DNA of 44,769 bases from Ruminococcaceae bacterium UBA1244 (GCA_002308635.1 DBWG01000096.1:937-45705); one strand, 5' to 3'. Positions 28,993 through 36,779 are shown, numbered from the stretch's first letter. The notes: a model not told the origin generated them from the sequence alone. A program made the numbers and translations.

Positions 28993-29718
28993 ATGAAAGA
29001 AAACATCTGCAGCATACCTGTCAATGACGTTTTTCTGCCGAAGGACGGCTGTCCGATGTGCAGGATGCGTGATATGCTCGAAGCAAGAAAGGCTGACTAC
29101 ATCACAGGTTCGGCAATGATGGAGCCGAATGTTAGGATCAAAACGAATGAACAGGGCTTTTGCTTCCGTCACTTTTCGATGATGGTCAAACAGGGAAAGC
29201 GCCTTTCAAACGCACTTATCCTCGAAAGCCACCTTTTGCAGATATCAGAGCAGCTTGTTCCGCCTGCGCCGTCAGGAAAGCCCGACAAAAAGCGCATGGC
29301 AGCCCTTGGAACTCTCCTGAACGACTGCTTTATATGCCGTGACATCAAGGAGAACATGGAAAACATGGTCAGGATCGTTCACGCAATGTGGATAAGCGAA
29401 CCGGAATTCAGACAGCTTTATTCCGAACAGAAGTTTATCTGCCTCGAGCATTTTTATCAGCTCATAAACTTCGACCAGAAGGGTCTCGGAAAGAGCCTTC
29501 AGGCGTTTTATGAGGAGACCTCACGTCTGACCGGCGGCTACCTTGTGGAGCTGAAAAACGACATCACGCATTTTTGCAGGATGTTCGACTACCGTAGCGG
29601 AAATCTCTCATGGGGCAACTCAAAGGACAGCATAGAGCGCTCCATCGAATTCCTGACAGGCGACAGGATACCGACAGAGGAGTCTTCCGAGCCTGACGAA
29701 GAAGCTGAAACAAATTGA
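28993..29718 (+). CDS. cysteine-rich conserved hypothetical protein (DUF6062-like)
   Basis: Two CxxC...CxxH pairs: CPMC...CFRH and CFIC...CLEH. Acidic C-terminal tail. Confidence 0.55.
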   Translation: MKENICSIPVNDVFLPKDGCPMCRMRDMLEARKADYITGSAMMEPNVRIKTNEQGFCFRHFSMMVKQGKRLSNALILESHLLQISEQLVPPAPSGKPDKKRMAALGTLLNDCFICRDIKENMENMVRIVHAMWISEPEFRQLYSEQKFICLEHFYQLINFDQKGLGKSLQAFYEETSRLTGGYLVELKNDITHFCRMFDYRSGNLSWGNSKDSIERSIEFLTGDRIPTEESSEPDEEAETN

Positions 29719-29801
29719 TAAAAGTATACCTCAAACAGTAGATTTTTTCTTTGCTTTATGATATGATATATCACAGAAAAACAATTCATGGGGGCTTTAC
29801 G

Positions 29802-30761
29802 ATGAACATAACACTCTTAGGCTGCGGCAGGTGGGGATCGTTTATAGGCTGGTATCTCGACAAGATAGGTCACAATGTAACTATCTGGGGACTGAGCGAC
29901 GCTCCGCAGTTCATTGAGATCAGGGATACCCGAAAGAACAATATGCTCACGTTCAGAGAGAGCATAAAAGTCACGGACGATCTTGAAAGCGCAGTAGGTT
30001 CTGCTGATGTTCTGATAATTTCCATCAGCGCTCAGGCGCTGCGTTCGTTCATACCGAGAGTTGCGCAGTACGATATCAGGGACAAGAAGATCGTTCTCTG
30101 CATGAAGGGTATAGAGGTCAACACCGGAAAGCGTCTGACGGAGATCGTTGAAGAATTTGTTCCGGCTGAAACGCAGGTCGGCGTTTGGGTAGGGCCTGGT
30201 CATCCGCAGGATTTCAGCAACGGCATACCGAACTGCATGGTAATTGATTCCCGCCACGACGATTTCAAACACACGCTCATCAACGAATTTTCGAGCGACC
30301 TTATCCGTTTTTATGTCGGCAACGACCTTATCGGAACGGAGATCGGCGCTGCCGCAAAGAACACTGTCGGCATAGCCGCAGGAATGCTTGACGGTCTGAA
30401 TCTTTCATCGCTGAAAGGTGCGCTGATGTCAAGAGGAACGAGAGAGATATCCCGTCTGATAAAAGCCATGGGCGGAAACGAGCTTTCGGCATACGGTTTG
30501 TGTCACCTTGGCGACTATGAAGCGACGCTGTTTTCGCAGTACAGCCACAACCGCAGATTCGGTGAAATGCTTGTCAAGGGCGAGAAGTTCTCACTGCTTG
30601 CTGAGGGTGTAGACACCACAAAAGCATTAGTATATCTTGGCAAAAAGTATGGAGTAGAGCTGCCGATCTGCACTATGGTCAATTCCGTGATAGCCAAAGA
30701 AATCACAGCAGCACAGGCGCTGTGCGACCTATTCCTGAGAAGTATAAAAACCGAATTTTAG
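29802..30761 (+). CDS. gpsA: NAD(P)H-dependent glycerol-3-phosphate dehydrogenase family protein
   Basis: Rossmann motif LLGCGRWGS and the GpsA-like block AAAKNTVGIAAGMLDGL. ATG 29802 (MNITLLG) chosen over the track start 29751. Confidence 0.75.
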   Translation: MNITLLGCGRWGSFIGWYLDKIGHNVTIWGLSDAPQFIEIRDTRKNNMLTFRESIKVTDDLESAVGSADVLIISISAQALRSFIPRVAQYDIRDKKIVLCMKGIEVNTGKRLTEIVEEFVPAETQVGVWVGPGHPQDFSNGIPNCMVIDSRHDDFKHTLINEFSSDLIRFYVGNDLIGTEIGAAAKNTVGIAAGMLDGLNLSSLKGALMSRGTREISRLIKAMGGNELSAYGLCHLGDYEATLFSQYSHNRRFGEMLVKGEKFSLLAEGVDTTKALVYLGKKYGVELPICTMVNSVIAKEITAAQALCDLFLRSIKTEF

Positions 30762-30957
30762 CGCAGAGCCTGCGCACCCGACTCTACAACGCAGATAATT
30801 CTGTAATGTGCGTTCGCTTCGTGCTCCACAAGGGAGCACTCGGGCTGTTTTCTTTCACGTCTACGGCTTTTAAAGTTTGGACGTGAAAGAAAACAGCCAA
30901 AGCGACCCGCAAGGGTCGTGACGCGGATGTACGTTTTAAACTTTCTGCGTTCTAAAA
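30761..30957. repeat. compound hairpin-rich intergenic repeat element
   Basis: Starts on the last base of the gpsA stop codon. The 35 nt arm 30761-30795 is the perfect reverse complement of 33160-33194. The 25 nt linker 30788-30812 matches 33066-33090 at 24/25. Hairpins: 30821-30839, a perfect 19 bp stem 30843-30861/30880-30898, and a GCAA tetraloop hairpin 30903-30918. 30923-30951 matches 33088-33116 at 28/29. Confidence 0.8.
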
Positions 30958-30962
30958 TAGGG

Positions 30963-30990
30963 GGCGGCAGCTTGCCGCCGCCGCCGCCGC
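30963..30990. repeat. GC hairpin plus (GCC)5 trinucleotide tract
   Basis: GGCGGCA-GCT-TGCCGCC hairpin (30963-30979) running into GCCGCCGCCGCCGCCGC (30974-30990). Confidence 0.6.
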
Positions 30991-31026
30991 AAAAAGCCGT
31001 CCGCCTCTTAGTGAAGCGGACGGCTT
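30989..31026 (-). terminator. rho-independent terminator of the small ATPase gene
   Basis: 11 bp stem AAGCCGTCCGC (30994-31004) / GCGGACGGCTT (31016-31026). On the minus strand it is followed by a U-rich run (plus-strand AAAAA 30991-30995). Confidence 0.65.
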
Positions 31027-31068
31027 AGTTTTGCTATGCGTTCAAAAGAAAGTGGTGCGGTCATGCAC

Positions 31069-31485
31069 TCAGATCTTTACAGAAATTGCGCTGAGGCTTT
31101 CGGGAAGCTCTTTTTCGTCAGCGGAAACGAGGAATATGAACTTTGTTTCTGTCTTTGCAGCGAGAACATTGATCTTCTCAATGAAAGCAGCAAAAGCAGC
31201 GAAGTCCTGACCGCCGATCTTGAGAGTTGAGTCAACAAGAACATCTGTTACATCGTAGTTACCTGCACAAAGGCCGCTGAGAAAACCGAAGAAAGCATCA
31301 TAGCCTGTGATCGAATACTGATCGGTGTCGATAAGTCTTGCTTTGTGAGTAACGTCGTAAGTAAGCTTTGATCCTTTTTCGATAACAACTACGTTGCCGT
31401 TTGAAGCCTCTACAGCTTCATTTGCAAGACCGATGAGCTTCTTTGTTTTTCCTGTTCCTTTTTTGCCAATAATAAGTGTAACCAT
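31069..31485 (-). CDS. minimal (138 aa) P-loop NTPase, function unknown
   Basis: Walker A GKKGTGKTK at residues 6-14 and a hydrophobic strand plus acidic residue NVVVIE. ATG 31485 lies 8 nt after AAGGAGG; the track start is 31506. Confidence 0.7.
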   Translation of the reverse strand: MVTLIIGKKGTGKTKKLIGLANEAVEASNGNVVVIEKGSKLTYDVTHKARLIDTDQYSITGYDAFFGFLSGLCAGNYDVTDVLVDSTLKIGGQDFAAFAAFIEKINVLAAKTETKFIFLVSADEKELPESLSAISVKI

Positions 31486-31549
31486 TATTTTTGCCTCCTT
31501 ATACATTTACCGGCGGACGATAAAACATCCGCCGATGTCACTAACATAA

Positions 31550-31578
31550 ATTTTACAATAAAACGTCCATAATGTCAA
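31550..31578 (-). promoter_or_regulatory. near-consensus sigma-A promoter of the small ATPase gene
   Basis: On the minus strand: TTGACA (31578-31573), 17 nt spacer, TAAAAT (31555-31550). Begins 25 nt past the pgi stop. The leader holds a 7 bp hairpin CGGCGGA/TCCGCCG (31511-31534). Confidence 0.55.
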
Positions 31579-31602
31579 TGAAATTGAACGATATTATTGC
31601 AA

Positions 31603-32940
31603 TTATTTTAATCTTGCCTCGAGAGCTTCCTTCTGATCCTCATAACCGGGCTTGCCGAGCAGAGCGAACATATTCTTCTTGTAGCTTTCAACGCCGGGCT
31701 GGTTGAAGGGATTGAGACACATAGTATATCCGCTGATAGCGCAAGCCTTCTCAAAGAAGTAGATGAGATAGCCGAGTTCTGCCTCGTTAACTTCGGGGAT
31801 ATCGAGTATTACATTCGGAACCTTGCCGTCCGTATGAGCGAGAACAGTACCCTCAAAAGCCTTTTTGTTTACGAAATCAACTGTCTTGCCTGCAAGGAAG
31901 TTAAGTCCGTCAACGTTTTCGGGGTCTGTGCCGATAGTAAGCTCATACTTAGGCTTGCCGAACTGTACAACGGTCTCAAAGAGTATCCTTGAACCGTCCT
32001 GAATATACTGACCCATAGAATGGAGGTCTGTGGAGAATACAACAGAAGCGGGGAAGAGACCCTTGTTGTCCTTGCCCTCGCTCTCGCCGAAGAGCTGTTT
32101 CCACCACTCGTTCATCATTGTGAAGGAAGGCTCATAGCTGACGAGAAGCTCAACGAGCTTACCTTTGCGGTAGAGGATATTTCTGATAGCAGCGTATTTG
32201 TAGCAGTCGTTCTTTGAGAGGTCGGTATCCATAAGAGCCTCACGAGCCGCAGCAGCACCGCCCATAAGAGCGTCGATATCAGCGCCTGAAACAGCGATGG
32301 GAAGGAGACCTACTGCAGTAAGAACGGAATAGCGTCCGCCGACATCATCCGGAACTACGAATGTTTCATAGCCTTCTCTGTCAGCAAGCTGTTTGAGAGT
32401 ACCCTTAGCCTTGTCGGTGGTGCAGAAAATTCTTTCCTTAGCGCCTTCCTTGCCGTATTTCTTTTCGAGAAGCTCACGGAAAACTCTGAAAGCGATAGCA
32501 GGTTCGGTAGTAGTGCCGGACTTGGATATCATATTGATAGAAACGTCCTTGCCTTCGCAGATCGTGAGGAGTTCGGAGAGAGCGGTTGAGCTGATGGAAT
32601 TACCCGTAAAGTAGATGTCGGGAGTATCCTTGGGAAGTGCATTGTAGTTTGGAGACTTGAGGAACTCGATAGCGGCTCTTGCGCCGAGATACGAACCTCC
32701 GATACCGATAACAACGAATACATCGGTATTCTTTTTGATCCTTTCAGCAGCAGCCTTTATTCTTGCAAACTCTTCCTTGTCGTAATCAACGGGAAGGTCT
32801 ACCCAGCCAACAAAGTCGTTGCCGAGACCGGTCTTGTTGTGAAGAAGTTCATGAGCAGCCTTTATCTGAGGTGCTATTGAAGAATACTCCTCACATGATA
32901 CAAATTCTTTCAGGTGCTTATCACTGAGTGTAACAGCCAT
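31603..32940 (-). CDS. pgi: glucose-6-phosphate isomerase
   Basis: 445 aa Firmicute-type PGI with motifs [18 protein letters not shown] and GGRYS. ATG 32940 is preceded by AGGAGG; the track extension to 33033 is unlikely. Confidence 0.93.
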   Translation of the reverse strand: MAVTLSDKHLKEFVSCEEYSSIAPQIKAAHELLHNKTGLGNDFVGWVDLPVDYDKEEFARIKAAAERIKKNTDVFVVIGIGGSYLGARAAIEFLKSPNYNALPKDTPDIYFTGNSISSTALSELLTICEGKDVSINMISKSGTTTEPAIAFRVFRELLEKKYGKEGAKERIFCTTDKAKGTLKQLADREGYETFVVPDDVGGRYSVLTAVGLLPIAVSGADIDALMGGAAAAREALMDTDLSKNDCYKYAAIRNILYRKGKLVELLVSYEPSFTMMNEWWKQLFGESEGKDNKGLFPASVVFSTDLHSMGQYIQDGSRILFETVVQFGKPKYELTIGTDPENVDGLNFLAGKTVDFVNKKAFEGTVLAHTDGKVPNVILDIPEVNEAELGYLIYFFEKACAISGYTMCLNPFNQPGVESYKKNMFALLGKPGYEDQKEALEARLK

Positions 32941-33059
32941 ATTAATGATCCTCCTAATATAATTTATGACAAGCCTCCGGATATCACCGAAGGCACAATA
33001 TCCACATACATAATACAATATTTTATCGGACAATTCAAGTCATCATTGTGAACTTTCTT

Positions 33060-33246
33060 TTTTAGAACGCAGATAATTCTGTAATATGCGGATGTACGTT
33101 TTAAACTTTCTGTGTTGTAAAGTCGGGTGCGCAGGCTCTGCGCCGGACGTTTTAAACTTTCTGCGTTGTAGAGTCGGGTGCGCAGGCTCTGCGCCGGACG
33201 TTTTAAACTTTCTGTGTTGTAGAGTCGGGTGCGCAGGCTCTGCGCT
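33060..33246. repeat. short repeat core followed by 3 tandem ~51 bp units, ending 3 nt from the galU stop
   Basis: Units at 33090-33144 (55 bp variant), 33145-33195 and 33196-33246. Consensus GGACGTTTTAAACTTTCTGYGTTGTAGAGTCGGGTGCGCAGGCTCTGCGCY. Each unit carries the GCGCAG-GCT-CTGCGC hairpin. Confidence 0.85.
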
Positions 33247-33249
33247 GCG

Positions 33250-34122
33250 TTATAGGGTTTTTGAAAGCTCTTTGAGATAGCAGCGGAAGCTTTCTCCGAG
33301 AACCGGATTTCTGAGAGCGATCTCAACGGTAGCCTGAAGGATGCCGAGCTTGTCGCCCATGTCATAGCGTTTTCCGGTGAAGTCAACGCCGGTCATTCCG
33401 ACAGTCGTTGCGAGGGTTTTCATAGCGTCAGTAAGCTGTATCTCACCGCCTGCACCGGGTTTGGTGTTGTCGAGGATATCAAAGATATCGGGAGTGAGGA
33501 CGCATCTTCCGAGTATAGAATAAAGAGAGAGTATCTCGGCCTTTGTTCTGGGCTTTTCTATCATATCGGTAACGCTGAAAACATTATCTTCAAGCTGACC
33601 GACTTTAAGCGAGCTGTATTTGCCGATAGCGTCCTCCGGAACAGCCTTTATGCCGACAACAGCCTTGCCGTATTTTTCATAAGCCCTGATGAGCTGACCG
33701 CAGGCAGGGTCATCGCCGATAATAACGTCATCGCCGTAGAGGACAGCAAACGGTTCGTTGCCGACAAAGTTTCTTGCGCAGTTCACTGCATGGCCAAGAC
33801 CCTTTGTTTCCTTCTGACGGATGAAAAATATGTTTGCAAGCTTAGAGATGGAAGCGACTTCTTCGGCAACTTCTTTTTTGTTGGCTTCGATAAGTCTCTG
33901 TTCAAGCTCAGGGCTGCGGTCGAAGTGATCTTCGATAATACCCTTGCCTCTGTTGGTGATAATAAGGATGTCGGTGATACCTGAATTGACAGCCTCTTCA
34001 ACGATATACTGTATAGCGGGCTTGTCAACGATCGTAAGCATTTCCTTTGGCATGGATTTTGTTGCAGGGAGAACCCTTGTTCCAAGACCGGCTGCTGGGA
34101 TGACTGCTTTTCTGACTTTCAT
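33250..34122 (-). CDS. galU: UTP--glucose-1-phosphate uridylyltransferase
   Basis: MKVRKAVIPAAGLGTRVLPATKSMPKEML... N-terminal nucleotidyltransferase signature; 290 aa. Confidence 0.93.
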   Translation of the reverse strand: MKVRKAVIPAAGLGTRVLPATKSMPKEMLTIVDKPAIQYIVEEAVNSGITDILIITNRGKGIIEDHFDRSPELEQRLIEANKKEVAEEVASISKLANIFFIRQKETKGLGHAVNCARNFVGNEPFAVLYGDDVIIGDDPACGQLIRAYEKYGKAVVGIKAVPEDAIGKYSSLKVGQLEDNVFSVTDMIEKPRTKAEILSLYSILGRCVLTPDIFDILDNTKPGAGGEIQLTDAMKTLATTVGMTGVDFTGKRYDMGDKLGILQATVEIALRNPVLGESFRCYLKELSKTL

Positions 34123-34140
34123 TAGTATTTCCCTCCGTTT

Positions 34141-35145
34141 TTATAATAGATTCTGAATAACTGTCGGTGCAAACTGCAGTATGAGATAACATACAACGCA
34201 TGTCCAGGCAATAGCGGTATTAACACCTCCTGACCTTTTTATTGTTTCGTTTATCTTTTCACTGGAAAGATCCTTGTTGTTTTTGATAGCCTTTACCTTT
34301 GCAACTGAATTTTTGTAGTAGCTTCTGTTGCCGAAGATACCGCACAGCACTCTCATGCCGATCAGCAGAGTCCCGAGAATATACGGCATCATGAACAGGA
34401 TTGCCTGACCGGGAGATTTATTGTTCCATATCCACGAAACATACTCAAACGGATACACGGAATCCTCGTTGAAATGCTTTGAAGCCTCATTTCCGAGCGG
34501 TGTTGAATAATACAGTGTAATGACGGTACTGCTGATCTCAAGTATCAGATAGAGTATTGCGATTATAGTGCCTTTAAGGTACTGTTTTCTGTAGAGATAC
34601 CATGCGCAGGTAAAGAAGCAGGCGCAGAAATTGAACTTGCCCATACCGCCTTTTTTGTTTTCCATAAAGACAGGCATATAGTATGAGGTATTGCTGCCGA
34701 CATATTTTGCAAGCTCCGCACCCGTCACTCCGTCAAAGTCTTCCTCCGGCGACACGCCGCCCATAGGGTCAAGGAATATCGTAAAGGGCGCACCTTCCGG
34801 AGAAGACTGACCGCCCGCCGTATTTCCCGTAATATCGGGCTGATAGGTGTCGCCTAAATTATGCGACATAAACGATCCGCATTTTTTACACACTATGGCA
34901 TTTGCGGGATTTTTCTCGCCGCAGCGGACGCAGTAGCGGAAGTTATCGTCAGGCTCATTTTTTTCCTGAGGCGGAACATACTCCCAGCTCTCATTATTTT
35001 TGTGAAGATCATTAAAAACACATTTTCCCTTTTCCTGATAACATTCTCTGTGATACGGTGCGCCGCACTTAGGGCACACAACGATATCATCTTCTTCACG
35101 GAAAGTACGTGAACAGACAGGACAGGGGATACCGAGAAAATCCAT
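34141..35145 (-). CDS. zinc-finger / zinc-ribbon membrane protein (DUF2628-like C-terminal TM region)
   Basis: N-terminal CPVC...CPKCGAPYHRECY..GKC treble-clef-like module, then a second ribbon CVRCG...CKKCG, then about 4 hydrophobic segments. AGGAGG RBS 35153-35158. Confidence 0.65.
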   Translation of the reverse strand: MDFLGIPCPVCSRTFREEDDIVVCPKCGAPYHRECYQEKGKCVFNDLHKNNESWEYVPPQEKNEPDDNFRYCVRCGEKNPANAIVCKKCGSFMSHNLGDTYQPDITGNTAGGQSSPEGAPFTIFLDPMGGVSPEEDFDGVTGAELAKYVGSNTSYYMPVFMENKKGGMGKFNFCACFFTCAWYLYRKQYLKGTIIAILYLILEISSTVITLYYSTPLGNEASKHFNEDSVYPFEYVSWIWNNKSPGQAILFMMPYILGTLLIGMRVLCGIFGNRSYYKNSVAKVKAIKNNKDLSSEKINETIKRSGGVNTAIAWTCVVCYLILQFAPTVIQNLL

Positions 35146-35173
35146 ATCTCAGCCTCCTAAAGCAGGTATTCTC

Positions 35174-35222
35174 AAAAAAACTCAGTCAGGAAACGGCTTG
35201 TTCAGGAGAAGTTTCCTGCGAG
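35174..35222 (-). terminator. intrinsic-terminator-like hairpin inside the 5' leader of the zinc-finger membrane protein gene
   Basis: Minus-strand RNA: CUC-G-CAGGAAAC (16 nt loop) GUUUCCUG-ACU-GAG followed by U7 (plus-strand A7 at 35174-35180). It sits between a consensus promoter and the RBS. Confidence 0.5.
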
Positions 35223-35241
35223 CAAAAAATCAACTGCTCCT

Positions 35242-35270
35242 ATTATACAATATTTTTTTGTATATTACAA
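35242..35270 (-). promoter_or_regulatory. sigma-A type promoter
   Basis: On the minus strand: TTGTAA (35270-35265), 17 nt spacer, TATAAT (35247-35242). Confidence 0.5.
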
Positions 35271-35323
35271 GGATTTTTGTCATTGATTTTTATATATATT
35301 TACGAAATCTTGAAAAACGCCTG

Positions 35324-35369
35324 AAAAGGATAAGCCGCACAGCAAGAAAACTCACTGTGCGGCTTATCC
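35324..35369 (-). terminator. rho-independent terminator after the hexapeptide-repeat gene
   Basis: 15 bp perfect stem GGATAAGCCGCACAG (35328-35342) / CTGTGCGGCTTATCC (35355-35369). On the minus strand it is followed by UUUUCAGGCGUUUUU. Confidence 0.7.
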
Positions 35370-35464
35370 CCTTTAGTAAATTAAGAAACGATATAACTCG
35401 TATGCGGAATTAATGGCGGGCCGGCGTTTCCGGTCCTTCGCGGAAAGTCATAGACTCCACGATA

Positions 35465-36136
35465 TCAAAAGGTCTTTTCTGCGACCTCGCCCTGTTTTTT
35501 GTAGATACTTTTTTCAGGGACGACACCTCTCACCATAGAGAGGGGATAGACAGTTGAAGCCCTGCATATCACAGAACCGGGATTCAAAACGGAATTACAT
35601 CCGACCTCAACGTTATCGCCGACCACAGCGCCGAATTTTTTCAGTCCGGTAGAGATAGTCTCGCCGTTGACCCTTATGGTGACAAGACTTCTGTCGCTTT
35701 TGAGGTTGGAGGTGATAGCGCCTGCTCCGAGATGAGACTTATAGCCAAGGATAGAATCCCCGATGTAGTTGTAATGAGGAACCTGAGCGCCGTCAAAAAT
35801 AATACAGTTTTTAAGTTCCGTAGAATTTCCGACAACGGCACCGCTGCCGACTATCGCACTGCCCCTGATAAAAGCGCAGTGTCTGATCTCAGCTCCGGCG
35901 CATATAATAAGCGGACCGTGAAGATAAGCGGTAGGAGCGACATTTGCGGTCTTTGAGACCCAGATGTCATCGCCGAGCTTTTCATATTCATCCTGAGGAA
36001 GTGAAGCGCCGAGCTTCAGTATAAAGTCCTTGATCTTAGGAAGAGCCTCCCAAGGGTAGGTAAGCCCGTCAAAGATATCCGAAGCGATGGTTTTTGAAAG
36101 GTCGAGCAGGTCTGCCGTTTTAAGAGAAATACTCAT
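35465..36136 (-). CDS. left-handed beta-helix (hexapeptide repeat) protein, GlmU C-terminal-like
   Basis: Hexapeptide repeats (IRGSAIVGSGAVVGNSTELKNCIIFDGAQVPHYNYIGDSILG...). ATG 36136 is preceded by GGAGGA; the track extension to 36253 would overlap the upstream gene. Confidence 0.7.
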   Translation of the reverse strand: MSISLKTADLLDLSKTIASDIFDGLTYPWEALPKIKDFILKLGASLPQDEYEKLGDDIWVSKTANVAPTAYLHGPLIICAGAEIRHCAFIRGSAIVGSGAVVGNSTELKNCIIFDGAQVPHYNYIGDSILGYKSHLGAGAITSNLKSDRSLVTIRVNGETISTGLKKFGAVVGDNVEVGCNSVLNPGSVICRASTVYPLSMVRGVVPEKSIYKKQGEVAEKTF

Positions 36137-36164
36137 CAAATGATCCTCCAGATGATCTGTTATG

Positions 36165-36779
36165 TTATATAAGCCCTCTGAGTTTTGCATACTCAATGAT
36201 AAGGGCGGCGCTTTTTTCGATACCGAGACGGCCGCTGTTGATACAGAGGTCATAGTTCTCAGGTGTGCCCCACTTGCCGGAGGCGAAGCGGTTGTAATAG
36301 TTTGCTCTGGTCTTGTCGGCTTTTTTTATCATGGACAGAGCCTTTTCCTCAGAGACATTTTCTATTGAAGATATCCTGCCGCATCTTCTTTTGATATCGG
36401 CATAGATGAACACCTTCACACAGTCCTTTCTGTCAGCGAGCACATAATCGGCGCAGCGTCCGACGATAACACAGTCGTTTTCAGCCACCTGTCTGATAAC
36501 ATTGTGCTGCATGAGAAAGACCTTGTCGTTAGCGGGAAGTTCGGGTGATGTTCCATAGTCGGCGCTGATCGTTGCGGAAGCGCCGAGCGACAGGGAATAA
36601 AGCAGGCTGCTGCTTGCTTTCTCGTCAAATCTTTCGATGTACTCAGAGCTTACGCCGCTTTGTTCTGCGGCAAGCTGAATGATCTCCTTGTCGAAGAAGG
36701 AGACGCCGAGTTTTTTTGCTGCGGTCTGACCGATAAGGCGGCCGCCGCTGCCGTACTGTCTTGCGATCGTAATAATCAT
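36165..36779 (-). CDS. cytidylate kinase-like family protein
   Basis: MIITIARQYGSGGRLIGQ N-terminal P-loop variant typical of this family; 204 aa. Confidence 0.8.
   Translation of the reverse strand: MIITIARQYGSGGRLIGQTAAKKLGVSFFDKEIIQLAAEQSGVSSEYIERFDEKASSSLLYSLSLGASATISADYGTSPELPANDKVFLMQHNVIRQVAENDCVIVGRCADYVLADRKDCVKVFIYADIKRRCGRISSIENVSEEKALSMIKKADKTRANYYNRFASGKWGTPENYDLCINSGRLGIEKSAALIIEYAKLRGLI

Noticed and set aside
33090-33246. Possible CRISPR array
   Set aside because: The units are contiguous 51 bp near-identical copies with no unique spacers between them. No cas genes or leader are present in the window.
30761-33246. Invertible (phase-variable) DNA segment bounded by the 35 bp perfect inverted repeat
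   Set aside because: The inverted arms exist, but the adjoining core modules are in direct orientation. No invertase or recombinase is nearby, and both enclosed genes have their own promoters, so inversion would switch nothing obvious. It is reported instead as a recombination footprint.
32964-33386. 140 aa minus-strand ORF with three 17 aa repeats (RTRLYN.ESLKRPAQSL)
   Set aside because: The repeats are just the translation of the 51 bp DNA tandem units. The ORF overlaps the galU 3' end in another frame and the pgi promoter/RBS region, and it has no RBS. The non-coding interpretation is preferred.
35109-35413. Two overlapping 71 aa plus-strand ORFs in the intergenic region
   Set aside because: They cover the promoter, leader and terminator sequences of the minus-strand genes. 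Their composition is AT-rich and low-complexity, with no RBS.
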